The notes: generated by a model from the letters alone, not told the origin. Shown: positions 52,724 to 61,621, counted from the first letter of the stretch. The stretch is DNA of 64,000 bases from Verrucomicrobiaceae bacterium (GCA_947507875.1 CANNQP010000003.1:132299-196298); one strand, 5' to 3'. Numbers and translations: made by a program.

Positions 52724-54226
52724 TCACTCCTTCTGCCGTGCCTCCACCGGCCGCCACTCCACCTGCTCAAAACGCGTCGAACTCATATAACTCCCCAGCC
52801 CCAGGGCCATCGGGCGGGGATTGGGTCCCAGTTCCCAAACCGGCGTGATGCTCATCGGCAGACCCCGGGTCACAAAGGTCTTTTTCAATACCCCATCGAC
52901 ACTCACCCGAACTTCGTCGGGCCGCACCTCGACGAACAGTTCATGCGGCTCGCCATTCACCAGGGGAAACCGAAATCCATAGCCGGACCTGAGGTCCTGC
53001 CCGTTGATCAGTTGCACCCCGGCGAGCCCTTCTTTCCAGGCGTCCAGTTCCACACTCGCCATGCGTCCGCTGCTGCGGAAGAACAACGCCATCGAATACT
53101 GCCCCGTCAGCCGCGTCAGGCGCAGCCGCACGTCGTAGGACTCCGGCAGTTCGTCCTCCAGCTTCACCACACAGATGTTCGGGCCGGACGTCAGCATCCC
53201 GTTCTCACTGCGCCAGTCGCCGCTCAGCACATCCTCCCAAATGCGCGTGCCCGCCGCGGCATCCCGCCATTCCCCAGGCACCTCGGCTGCCGCGGGACTC
53301 TCCGGCCAAAGCGCCACGCCGCTGCCCAGCAAAACCAAGGCTCCCATCAGCCAGGGCCACCAGCGGCGCGGCCGCGGCACCTCCAGGGCTCTCATGAACT
53401 CGGCCACGGTGGCAAACCGCTCCGCGGGCTCCGGCCGCAGCGCACGCATCACCGCCGCTCCCAGCGGCTCCGGGATCTCCTTCCTGACCCGATGAGGGGC
53501 GTCAAAACTGCCGCGCGGTGTCCGACCGGTCAGCAACTCATACGCCATCACGCCCAGCGCGAAGACATCCAGCCGCGCGTCCGCCTCCGCGCCCCGAAAC
53601 TGCTCCGGCGCCATGTAGTCCACGGTCCCCACCACAGTGCCGCTCAGCGTCAATCTCGTGCTGGCCTCATGCAGCGGCAGGGCGAGCCCAAAGTCCGTCA
53701 CACGCGCCGTGCCTGCGGCATCCAGGAGCACATTCTCCGGCTTCATGTCGCGATGAATCACCCCGCTGGCATGCGCCGCCTCCAGACCGGCCGCAATCTC
53801 CCGCAGGATTCGCAGCGCTTCCGCCACCGGCAGTCCGTTCGGATGCTGCCGCAGCTTTTCCCGCAGACTGCCTCCCTCCACAAACTCCATCACAATCGCT
53901 GCTCCGTCGTCAGTGCGCTGAAAATCATGCACCGCCACGATGTTCGGATGCCGCAGCCGCGCCATCACCCGTGCCTCGCGCTCCAGGCGCTCCAGGAACT
54001 GCGGGTCCTCCGCCAGCTCACTCGCCAGCACCTTCACCGCCACCTCGCGATCCAGGCTGACCTGTCGGCCCAGATACACCGCGCCCATGCCGCCGCGTCC
54101 GATCGGCGTTTCGATCTCAATCCCCACGACTTCGATGGAACGGCCCTCCCCGGTCAGCCCCTGCGCCATCAAAGCCTCCGGCTGCAAACCGGAGAGGCGT
54201 CGGCGAGGGAAGCGTGAGTCGGACAT
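52724..54226 (-). CDS. Ser/Thr protein kinase with a TM segment and an extracytoplasmic concanavalin/LamG-like domain
   Basis: Kinase motifs are 'GRGGMGAVYLGRQ...VAVKVL', 'HRDMKPENVLL', 'DFGLA' and 'APE'. 'WWPWLMGALVLLGSGVALW' is a TM segment. The C-terminal ~190 aa look like a beta-rich domain. Confidence 0.9.
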   Translation of the reverse strand: MSDSRFPRRRLSGLQPEALMAQGLTGEGRSIEVVGIEIETPIGRGGMGAVYLGRQVSLDREVAVKVLASELAEDPQFLERLEREARVMARLRHPNIVAVHDFQRTDDGAAIVMEFVEGGSLREKLRQHPNGLPVAEALRILREIAAGLEAAHASGVIHRDMKPENVLLDAAGTARVTDFGLALPLHEASTRLTLSGTVVGTVDYMAPEQFRGAEADARLDVFALGVMAYELLTGRTPRGSFDAPHRVRKEIPEPLGAAVMRALRPEPAERFATVAEFMRALEVPRPRRWWPWLMGALVLLGSGVALWPESPAAAEVPGEWRDAAAGTRIWEDVLSGDWRSENGMLTSGPNICVVKLEDELPESYDVRLRLTRLTGQYSMALFFRSSGRMASVELDAWKEGLAGVQLINGQDLRSGYGFRFPLVNGEPHELFVEVRPDEVRVSVDGVLKKTFVTRGLPMSITPVWELGPNPRPMALGLGSYMSSTRFEQVEWRPVEARQKE

Positions 54227-54283
54227 GGCGTCGCGGAGTGACGGATGACGAAACCCATCCTATAGCCCAACTCCACCCCGTCA

Positions 54284-55006
54284 TCAAACACCACTCAGCA
54301 CCCGCAGCAGGTAGCTCATCTCCTCGTCCACGTTCGCCCCAGCCGGCTGGGTTTCGGCGATCTCCCGGCGCAGGGCTTCGCGAAAACGCGCCCGCAGACG
54401 GTGAACGGCCACTTTGAACGTGTTGGCGCTCATGCCCGCCTCGCGACCCGCTTTTTCATACTCGGTGGCATCGCCTTCACCGGTCAAAAAGGGGCGCAGC
54501 AGGGCAAACTCAGCGCCTTTGCCTCTCGATTCGGCTTGCTGCTCCAGCTTGGCCAAAGTGAGGTCGAGCACGGTGAGCGCCCACTGGCGGTCGAAAAGAT
54601 GGTCCGCGCTTTCACCCTCGATCTGCTCGACCTCATACCACGCCTCGGCCTCGGCGGCGTCAAAGCTCACGACCTGGCCTCCCCCGCGCTTTTGCCGGTT
54701 CTCTTTGCGCTGCTCGTCATGCACATGCCGCCGAAAGGCGATGAGCATGAAGGTGCGTAGTTTGCCCAGCTCCGGGTTCGCCGCCGCAAACAGCTGCTTC
54801 TGCAGCACCTGGATAAAGAAGCCCTGCACGTAGTCTTCTGCGTCACTGGGCGAGGCTCCGCAGCGGCGGCTCCAGGCATACAGCGGGAACCAATACGCCG
54901 CGCACAGCTCCTCCAGCGCCCTATGTGCCGTCTCCCCCTGCCCCTGCGACTGGATCACCAGGCTCCAGCGGGTCGGTTGAAAAGCTGCGGGGACCATTTC
55001 TTGCAT
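54284..55006 (-). CDS. ECF-type RNA polymerase sigma-70 family factor
   Basis: The region 2 part reads 'TRWSLV...ALEELCAAYWFPLYAWSRRCGASPSDAEDYVQGFF' and the region 4 HTH part reads 'YEKAGREAGMSANTFKVAVHRLRARFREAL'. The start was set to ATG 55006. The track's longer form (to 55234) would run antisense into the divergent giant gene. Confidence 0.85.
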   Translation of the reverse strand: MQEMVPAAFQPTRWSLVIQSQGQGETAHRALEELCAAYWFPLYAWSRRCGASPSDAEDYVQGFFIQVLQKQLFAAANPELGKLRTFMLIAFRRHVHDEQRKENRQKRGGGQVVSFDAAEAEAWYEVEQIEGESADHLFDRQWALTVLDLTLAKLEQQAESRGKGAEFALLRPFLTGEGDATEYEKAGREAGMSANTFKVAVHRLRARFREALRREIAETQPAGANVDEEMSYLLRVLSGV

Positions 55007-55067
55007 GGACGAGTTTTTTTTCGGATCACTGTAACCCACTCCGCTGAATGACCAACAGACACCTGTC
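55007..55067. promoter_or_regulatory. 61-bp divergent intergenic region between the ECF sigma gene and the giant secreted-protein gene
   Basis: Both genes start here in opposite directions. The region contains a T9 run (55014-55022) and 'tgtaacc' (55031-55037). Promoter elements were not assigned with confidence. Confidence 0.35.
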
Positions 55068-58000
55068 ATGTCTGCATTTTTCCTTCGAACCGCCCTTCTC
55101 GGACTCGCCCTCGCGGCGACCGCTCCGCTCCTGGCCCAGGTGCCGGCAGTGACGCCGGCGTTTCCCACGAATGTCACCGGCACCCCCGGCACCCTCCTGT
55201 TTCGCCAGATCGGGCTGAGCCGTGTGACCAACATCGCCTACCACAACGGCTTCATTTACACCCACGAGGTCGCCTCGGCCAATCCCCGGCGCTGGCGCTT
55301 CACCACTCCCTCAAACCCGGCCTCGCTGACCATCGAAGCCACCGGACAGAACATCGTCGGCAACTTCTCCGATCACGGCACCCACGGGCATTACAAGGTC
55401 GGCGACTGGCTGGGCGGACAGTTTGCGGTCAACATCCGCCGCAACCCGGGTGCCGTGAACCAAAACCTGCTGCAGGCCATGCCCGGCTTCAACTACTACA
55501 CCGCCACGCAGCCCGGCGACGGACTCACGCGCATGTACTACCCCTGGGGACTCGCCTTCAACTGGATCGAATACGGCGCGGTCACCGGCTACGGCTACCT
55601 CTACCGCGGCACCGAAGCCAACGGGCAGCCGCTGGCTCAATGGCCGGTGCTGGCCCAGGACGGGGTGGCGGGAAACTCCATCCTCCTCGGCAACCTGCTC
55701 TTCATCACCAGCGATGAGTCCAACATGGGCATCCTCTGCTACGACATCTCGCCGGTCTTTCAGACGCCCGCCCAGCCCCCGGTGCTGCTGGACAAGCTCT
55801 CAGGCCCCGTGGGTGCCTACATCGTCTCGCCGTGGCAGAATTACCTCCTGCTCTCCCGGCGCGACACCAACACCCTCGACATCATCGACTACAGCGACCC
55901 GGCAAACCTGCGCTTCGTCACCTCCATCAACACACTCGGCAATCCAGCGCGCGACCGCGGCAACGGGCTCGGCTACATCCAGTGCCAGGACCACTTCGTC
56001 TTTGCCGACCGGCACAAGATCAACATGGAGACGTTTCAAACCGTGCTGGAACTCGACGAAATGGATGCCGGGGGTCGTCCAGCGGGCAGTGTCAGCGGCC
56101 AACTGGACACCAGTCAGCATCTCATGCCCCTGGGAAACCTGCTCATCAGCGGCGGCTACAGCGTGGCGGGAGCGGATGGTGTGGGCGTGTGGATCCATGA
56201 CGCCCAGCCGGACACGCGGGCGCCCTACGTCGGTTATCACATCCCACGTCCCGGGCAGACCCATTTCCCGCGCGGCGCGCCCATCAGCCTCCTCATTCAC
56301 GAGAACCTCGAGTCCTACACGATCATCAATGGCACCACGGTGACCCTGCGCCGGGCGGATCAAATGACACCGCTGAACTGCATCGTGAGCTTCTCCTATG
56401 ACGACGTGCTCACCATCACGCCGGTGAGCTATCTGGAGGAAAACCAGACCTACGTCGTGGAAATCGCTCCCGGGGGCATCAAGGACGCCTGTGGAAACGG
56501 CATCGTGGGCTACTCGTTCAGCTTCTCCACGGGCGGCAGTGTCGCGGGAGGCAATGCGGCTCCGCAGATCACCAGTTTCGCCGCCTCGCCATCCCCAGCC
56601 CCACCCGGCAGCGAGCTGACCTTCACCGCTGCGGCCACGGATGCGGGTGCAGGGGATGTGCTGGAGTATCGCTTCACCTTCGGCGACGCAGGCGGCGTGC
56701 GCGAGTGGAGCACCGACCCCACCGCGACGCACGCCTATGCCGCTTCGGGGCACTACGGCGTGAAGGTGCAGGTGCGTGACGTGCGCACCGGCACACCGCT
56801 CTCCACGGTCTCGCAGACCGGCACCGTGACCATCGCAGCCGCTCCCCCGCCGGTCCAGCCCACGAAATCATCACCCATCGCGATTCATCCTGTCACGCGC
56901 CGAGTGTGGGTGGTGAATCCTGACAATGACAGCGTCACCCGCATCAATGCCGACTCTCTCCAGGTCCTCGGAGAGCATGACTTGAACGCGCTGCTCGGCA
57001 TCACAGGCAGCATCGATCCGCGCAACGTCGCCGTTGACCCGCTCGGCAACGCCTGGGTCACCTGCCGCGACGCGGATCGTGTGGCGATCTTGAGCACCGA
57101 AGGCACCCTGGTGCAGAGCCTCGCCCTGCCCCATGGCAGCGCGCCGATGGGCGTGGCCATCACACCGGATGGCTCGACCGCGTTCGTCACGCTGGAGGGG
57201 CGCGGTCAGCTCCTCCGCTTCAACACCGCCACCCGGACGCAGACCGGTTCGCTTTCGTCCCTCGCCACGCCACGCGCCATCGCGATCACCGCGAACGGTT
57301 CGCGCGTGCTCGTCACGCGCTTCATTTCAGGCGAGGAGTTTGGCCAGGTCTATGATGTGAACGCCGCCACCCTGGCGCTCACCCGGACCATCCCGCTGCA
57401 TCGCGACCGCGGCCGCGATGGCAGCTCCTCCGGTCGTGGCGTGCCCAACTACGTCTCCAGCATCACCATCTCCCCCGATGGTCTGTTCGCCTACTTCACC
57501 GCCGTGAAGTCCAACACCCATCGCGGTCTGTTCTTCAACCAGACCGACAACACCAACGACCCGCTCGACCCCGACAACACCATCCGCGCGCTCGTCGGTC
57601 TCATCAACTTGAGCACGCATCAGGAACCGCTGATGACCGACATCAACACCTACCGCATCGACGTCGATAACAGCGAGTCCCCTACCAGCATCGAGTTCAC
57701 GCCCTCCGGCGACTACTTCTTCGTCAGCGTGCAGGGAAACAACCATGTCGCGGTTTTTGACAACCTGCTGCTGCGGCAGTTTCCCACCACGCTCAGCACC
57801 AAAACCACCAAGGGCCGCTTCGCCACCGGACTCGCCCCCCAGGGACTGGCATTCGATCCGGCCACCAATCGCCTTCTTTCCGCCGACTTCATGGGGCGCA
57901 GTGTCACAGCGCATCATCTCGGCGGCTTCCTCAGCTTCGGCAGCCGCAACACGAACCGCGTCGCCATCCCGACGATCACCACCGACAAGCTCCCGCCGCA

Positions 58001-60872
58001 GGTGCTTCATGGCAAACGCCTCTTCTACCAGGCGGCGGATGCGAGCGGGCTCTCCACCCTGCCCACCATGAGCCTCGAAGGCTACATTTCCTGCGCCAGC
58101 TGCCATGTTGATGGCCAGCACGATGGCATGACCTGGGACTTCACCCAGCGCGGCGAGGGCATGCGCAACACCACCGACCTCCGCGGTCGCGGCGGCGTGG
58201 CGCATGGCAATGTGCACTGGTCCGCGAACTTTGATGAAATCCAGGACTTCATCCTCGACATCGTGAATGAGTTCGGCGGCAGCGAGGCCCTGCTGCCTCC
58301 TGGTGAGGCGCCCCATCCCCCGCTCGGCGCGCCGAATGCGGGTCGCAACGCCCATCTCGACGCCCTCGCCGCGTATGTCGCCTCGCTGGGTCAGGAGCAT
58401 CTGCCGCGCAGCCCGCATCGCGCCACCAACGGCACGCGCACTTCCTCCGCAGATGGCGGCGAGATGCTCTTCGTTTCGCAAAATTGCATCAGCTGCCATG
58501 GCGGCGCGCGCTTCACTGACAGCACGCTGGGTGCCGGACTTCTTCATGACGTAGGCACGCGGCGCACCAGCAGCGGACAGCGCCTTGGCGCCACCCTGAG
58601 CGGTCTCGACACACCCACACTGCTCGGCCTGTGGGCCAGCGCACCCTATTTTCACGATGGCAGCGCGAAGACGCTCGATGAGGTCTTCCGCGTGGCGGGC
58701 GGCATTGTTTATCAGGCGGAGGATGCCGTGCTCAGCGCGGGGGTTTACCAGCCTGGCTATCCCCGTCTCAATGAGGACAGCAGCATGCACGGTCAGATGG
58801 TTTATCTGAACCAGGGGGAAACGGTGACCTTCCCCGCGGTGAACGGCGGCACCACGAGCGGCCTGGGCGACATCGAACTGCGCTGGGCCGCTCCGTTCTG
58901 GGCCACCGGCGGCACGGCGAGCGTCACTGTCAATGGCCAGCTGTTTCAGGTGAATGTCACGCGTCCCTTCGGCATCGGGCAGCCCGGAGACCACTGGCAG
59001 CGCCTGCGCATCGAAAACGTTCCCCTCACAGCGGGCGCGACCAACACCCTTGTCGTGACCACCTCCACGCTTCAAGATTCCGGCTTCGATCAGCTCCTCG
59101 TGACCACCCCTGACGACCTTCAGGCCGCCTACGCGCACCGCCGCGTACTGGCCTTGACCCCAACGGAGCAGAACCAGCTGCGTGACTACCTGCTGCAGCT
59201 CGATGGCGGAAGCGCCGCGCCACCCACCAATCCGAGCGTGGCACTCACGCTCGCTCCCGGTCAGGCCGCCAGCGGGTCCCGGCCGTTTGCGGAGTTCGAC
59301 GTCATCTTCTCCGAGCCGGTCTCGGGTCTCACCGTTGGCGATTTCCTTCACAGCGGCTCCGCGGCCAGCCTCACCACGATCTCGGAAGGCACGCAGTATC
59401 GCCTTCGCATCGCCGGCTACGCCGCTGGCAATGTCACGGCGCAACTGCCCGCGGACGCCGCCTCGGCCTTGGACGACAGCACCGGTAACTTCGCCTCCAA
59501 CCTGGTGGCCTTCACTTACGCGCCGAATGTGCCGGATGACATTGCGCCGCTGTCTGACGAGTTTGGTAGCGTTGGCACGCTGAGCCAGTGGCAGCGGAAT
59601 TACATCGTCGAAGGCTGGGGCTCCGCAGCGAACAAGCTCGAAACCTGGGACATCAACACCTCGCGCAGCGGTCACATGCGTCTCATGCCGGTGCCCTGCA
59701 CCTGGTTCAACCACCGCACCGGCCCGCTCGCCTTCAAAACCGTGACCGGCGACTTCATCGCCACCATCCAGCTCGATGTGCGGCGGCGCGGCGGCCTGCC
59801 CGGGCGTCCCCAAAGTGACTTCACCTGGGGTGGCCTGCTCATCCGCGCGCCACGGACGCTCACCCAAAGCTCGCCGATCCCTGATCCCGGACCGAACGTC
59901 GTTCTGCCCTGGCCTCCCAACGGCAGCTACACCACGCAGTGGAACTTCACGCCGGAGAACTACATCTACCTCGCCAGCGGCTTCGCCACCAACGCCACTG
60001 GCGCCAACCCGAACCTCTGGCATTACGAGTCGAAGATCACCACCAACAGCAACTCTATCTTCTACAGCGGCACCACCGGAGTGCCCTTGAATGAAAGCGT
60101 CTCCTCGCTCCAGATCGTGCGCATCGGCCAGACCAGCCTGCTGCTCCGCCGCCACGGCAATGGTCCTTGGATCATTCAAGAGCGCTACACCACCAGCAAC
60201 CTCCCCGCCACCGTGCAGGTCGGTCTCACCGCCTACACCAACTGGTTTCACATCGCCAGTTTGCACGAGTTTCATCACAACCACACCGCCGCCACTGGTG
60301 GCAATCCCGACATCATCGCCGACGTCGATTACTTCCGTCTGCGCCGTCCACCCGCTGGCCTCACCGAGTCCGCTTTGCAAAACGCCACCCCCACCGGTCA
60401 GTTCGGAACGTCGGTCCTGCTGAGCAATTCCGCCCTCGCTAGCACGCTGGGCGATCCTGCCAACACGGCCTACACCCCTCCCGGCCAGACCTTTGACGAG
60501 TGGCTCACCGCGAACCTCACCCCCCTGCAACTCGTGCAGGCACCCCTGACTGCCCCAGACGCCGACACCAACGGCAACGGGATTCAAAACCTGATGGAGT
60601 TCATCACTCCGCAGCCACTCGCCCTGGAACTCTCTGGCGGCAGCGCTATCCTCACGCTCAATCGCAACAGCGCCGCTCGTGGCGTCACGCTCATCATCGA
60701 ATACAGCGAGGACCTCCTCACCTGGACACCCATTGCGACATCAGTGAACGGAGATCCCCCCACTGGAACCGCGACCATCCAGGAAGCGGGCGGCACGCTG
60801 CGCACGGTGATCATCCAGCATGCCTCACCGTCCAACCGCACCTTTTACCGTGCTCGCGCCGTGAGACCGTAA
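55068..60872 (+). CDS. Giant secreted multidomain protein (1,934 aa). Domain order: LVIVD-like repeats, Ig-like, PKD, YVTN beta-propeller, di-haem cytochrome c peroxidase/MauG-like, CBM/Ig-like, LamG-like, C-terminal tail
   Basis: The signal peptide is 'MSAFFLRTALLGLALAATAPLLAQ'. 'LDIIDYSDPANLRFV' is LVIVD-like. The PKD region reads 'LTFTAAATDAGAGDVLEYRFTFGDAGG...HAYAASGHYGVKVQVRD'. The YVTN repeats read 'PRNVAVDPLGNAWV...PMGVAITPDGSTAFV...PRAIAITANGSRVLV'. The haem motifs are CASCH (nt 58092-58106) and CISCH (nt 58485-58499), with 'TPTLLGLWASAPYFHDGSAKTLDEVF'. The tail reads 'DADTNGNGIQNLMEF...RTFYRARAVRP'. Confidence 0.85.
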   Translation: MSAFFLRTALLGLALAATAPLLAQVPAVTPAFPTNVTGTPGTLLFRQIGLSRVTNIAYHNGFIYTHEVASANPRRWRFTTPSNPASLTIEATGQNIVGNFSDHGTHGHYKVGDWLGGQFAVNIRRNPGAVNQNLLQAMPGFNYYTATQPGDGLTRMYYPWGLAFNWIEYGAVTGYGYLYRGTEANGQPLAQWPVLAQDGVAGNSILLGNLLFITSDESNMGILCYDISPVFQTPAQPPVLLDKLSGPVGAYIVSPWQNYLLLSRRDTNTLDIIDYSDPANLRFVTSINTLGNPARDRGNGLGYIQCQDHFVFADRHKINMETFQTVLELDEMDAGGRPAGSVSGQLDTSQHLMPLGNLLISGGYSVAGADGVGVWIHDAQPDTRAPYVGYHIPRPGQTHFPRGAPISLLIHENLESYTIINGTTVTLRRADQMTPLNCIVSFSYDDVLTITPVSYLEENQTYVVEIAPGGIKDACGNGIVGYSFSFSTGGSVAGGNAAPQITSFAASPSPAPPGSELTFTAAATDAGAGDVLEYRFTFGDAGGVREWSTDPTATHAYAASGHYGVKVQVRDVRTGTPLSTVSQTGTVTIAAAPPPVQPTKSSPIAIHPVTRRVWVVNPDNDSVTRINADSLQVLGEHDLNALLGITGSIDPRNVAVDPLGNAWVTCRDADRVAILSTEGTLVQSLALPHGSAPMGVAITPDGSTAFVTLEGRGQLLRFNTATRTQTGSLSSLATPRAIAITANGSRVLVTRFISGEEFGQVYDVNAATLALTRTIPLHRDRGRDGSSSGRGVPNYVSSITISPDGLFAYFTAVKSNTHRGLFFNQTDNTNDPLDPDNTIRALVGLINLSTHQEPLMTDINTYRIDVDNSESPTSIEFTPSGDYFFVSVQGNNHVAVFDNLLLRQFPTTLSTKTTKGRFATGLAPQGLAFDPATNRLLSADFMGRSVTAHHLGGFLSFGSRNTNRVAIPTITTDKLPPQVLHGKRLFYQAADASGLSTLPTMSLEGYISCASCHVDGQHDGMTWDFTQRGEGMRNTTDLRGRGGVAHGNVHWSANFDEIQDFILDIVNEFGGSEALLPPGEAPHPPLGAPNAGRNAHLDALAAYVASLGQEHLPRSPHRATNGTRTSSADGGEMLFVSQNCISCHGGARFTDSTLGAGLLHDVGTRRTSSGQRLGATLSGLDTPTLLGLWASAPYFHDGSAKTLDEVFRVAGGIVYQAEDAVLSAGVYQPGYPRLNEDSSMHGQMVYLNQGETVTFPAVNGGTTSGLGDIELRWAAPFWATGGTASVTVNGQLFQVNVTRPFGIGQPGDHWQRLRIENVPLTAGATNTLVVTTSTLQDSGFDQLLVTTPDDLQAAYAHRRVLALTPTEQNQLRDYLLQLDGGSAAPPTNPSVALTLAPGQAASGSRPFAEFDVIFSEPVSGLTVGDFLHSGSAASLTTISEGTQYRLRIAGYAAGNVTAQLPADAASALDDSTGNFASNLVAFTYAPNVPDDIAPLSDEFGSVGTLSQWQRNYIVEGWGSAANKLETWDINTSRSGHMRLMPVPCTWFNHRTGPLAFKTVTGDFIATIQLDVRRRGGLPGRPQSDFTWGGLLIRAPRTLTQSSPIPDPGPNVVLPWPPNGSYTTQWNFTPENYIYLASGFATNATGANPNLWHYESKITTNSNSIFYSGTTGVPLNESVSSLQIVRIGQTSLLLRRHGNGPWIIQERYTTSNLPATVQVGLTAYTNWFHIASLHEFHHNHTAATGGNPDIIADVDYFRLRRPPAGLTESALQNATPTGQFGTSVLLSNSALASTLGDPANTAYTPPGQTFDEWLTANLTPLQLVQAPLTAPDADTNGNGIQNLMEFITPQPLALELSGGSAILTLNRNSAARGVTLIIEYSEDLLTWTPIATSVNGDPPTGTATIQEAGGTLRTVIIQHASPSNRTFYRARAVRP

Positions 60873-61253
60873 GGGAGCACTGGCCTTTCCTTGCCGCAGC
60901 AAGCGTGATGCGAGCACACTCGCTACTGCGGAGGTTAGCCCAGAATGGACGCAGATCGCAGGGCTATTAGCACCATTCGTTGGGGTTGGCTACGCCACCT
61001 TCCTTACCGACTCGCTGGACACCCGTTTCAAAGTGGCTGCGTCTTTCTCTGTGAGGAGGCGTCGTCATCAAAGCCCCATGTGGACAAATTGGCCCCCGAG
61101 CCCTGGAGCCAAGGTGCAGGGATCTTCGAAGGCATGCGCCCCAAACGGCTGATATGCCAGGGCTGGATCACATTCATGCTGTGCGCTTGAGAGGCACTGA
61201 ACGACAGGCTAGCATACCCATTAACTGATGCCCTGCGGCAGTAAGCACCACCT

Positions 61254-61368
61254 CGATCCTGCCGAAGAAGCTCGGATCACTACCGTGACGAATGAGCCAT
61301 CACTCTCCGAGTGATAGGCCCAGCCCCAAATCGCGTCCGGTCGAAAGGCCGGGCGCGTTTTGCTTTTC
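61254..61368 (+). pseudogene. Relic of the ahcY 3' end plus a copy of its terminator (direct-repeat copy B)
   Basis: 61254-61273 matches ahcY 52452-52471. 61274 onward matches 52581-52670, so about 109 nt of ahcY are missing in between. The hairpin 'atcactctccgagtgat' and the stem-loop 'cgcgtccggtcgaaaggccgggcgcg' are both retained, followed by 'ttttgcttttc'. Confidence 0.8.
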
Positions 61369-61621
61369 GGGCAAGCCTTGCCAACCCAAGCGAGGGCGCA
61401 TGGGACAGAACTGCAACCACGCCACCACTCAAACGCCCCTCATCAAGGGTTCATGACAAAATGAAAGAAGGAGGAGAACCTTCACAGAATCGTTGCTTTC
61501 ATCCATCCCCGTCGAAGATTCCTCTCTCGTGGATTGAGCTTTGCATCTACCGAACTAGAGAGACTCCCGTTGGGGACTCGCCCTCTCTTTTCGCCTTCAT
61601 TTTCTACCCATAGAATCTCTC

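Noticed and set aside
51226-52770. A 514-aa ORF antisense to ahcY
   Set aside because: The forward strand encodes a textbook adenosylhomocysteinase. The antisense product is G/A/V/D/E-rich with no motifs and runs through the ahcY terminator.
52943-54217. A 424-aa ORF antisense to the Ser/Thr kinase, and similar 290-330-aa antisense ORFs in the glycan locus (for example 24223-25215, 10117-11031, 16089-16970, 20316-21224)
   Set aside because: All are R/P/H/Q-rich shadow frames opposite genes with clear family motifs.
54284-55234. The long (316-aa) form of the ECF sigma ORF
   Set aside because: The extra 76 codons overlap the start of the divergent giant gene and encode an R/G/A-rich peptide. 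The ATG at 55006 begins just before the conserved 'TRWSLV' region.
57327-60587. A 1,086-aa ORF antisense to the giant secreted-protein gene
   Set aside because: Its translation is low-complexity and G/A/R/V-rich with no motifs. The forward frame contains clear PKD, YVTN and CxxCH/CCP motifs. This is a typical stop-free shadow frame of a gene with very high third-position GC.
60945-61190. An 81-aa ORF downstream of the giant gene
   Set aside because: It has no motif, an atypical composition, and lies in a region that looks like decayed spacer.
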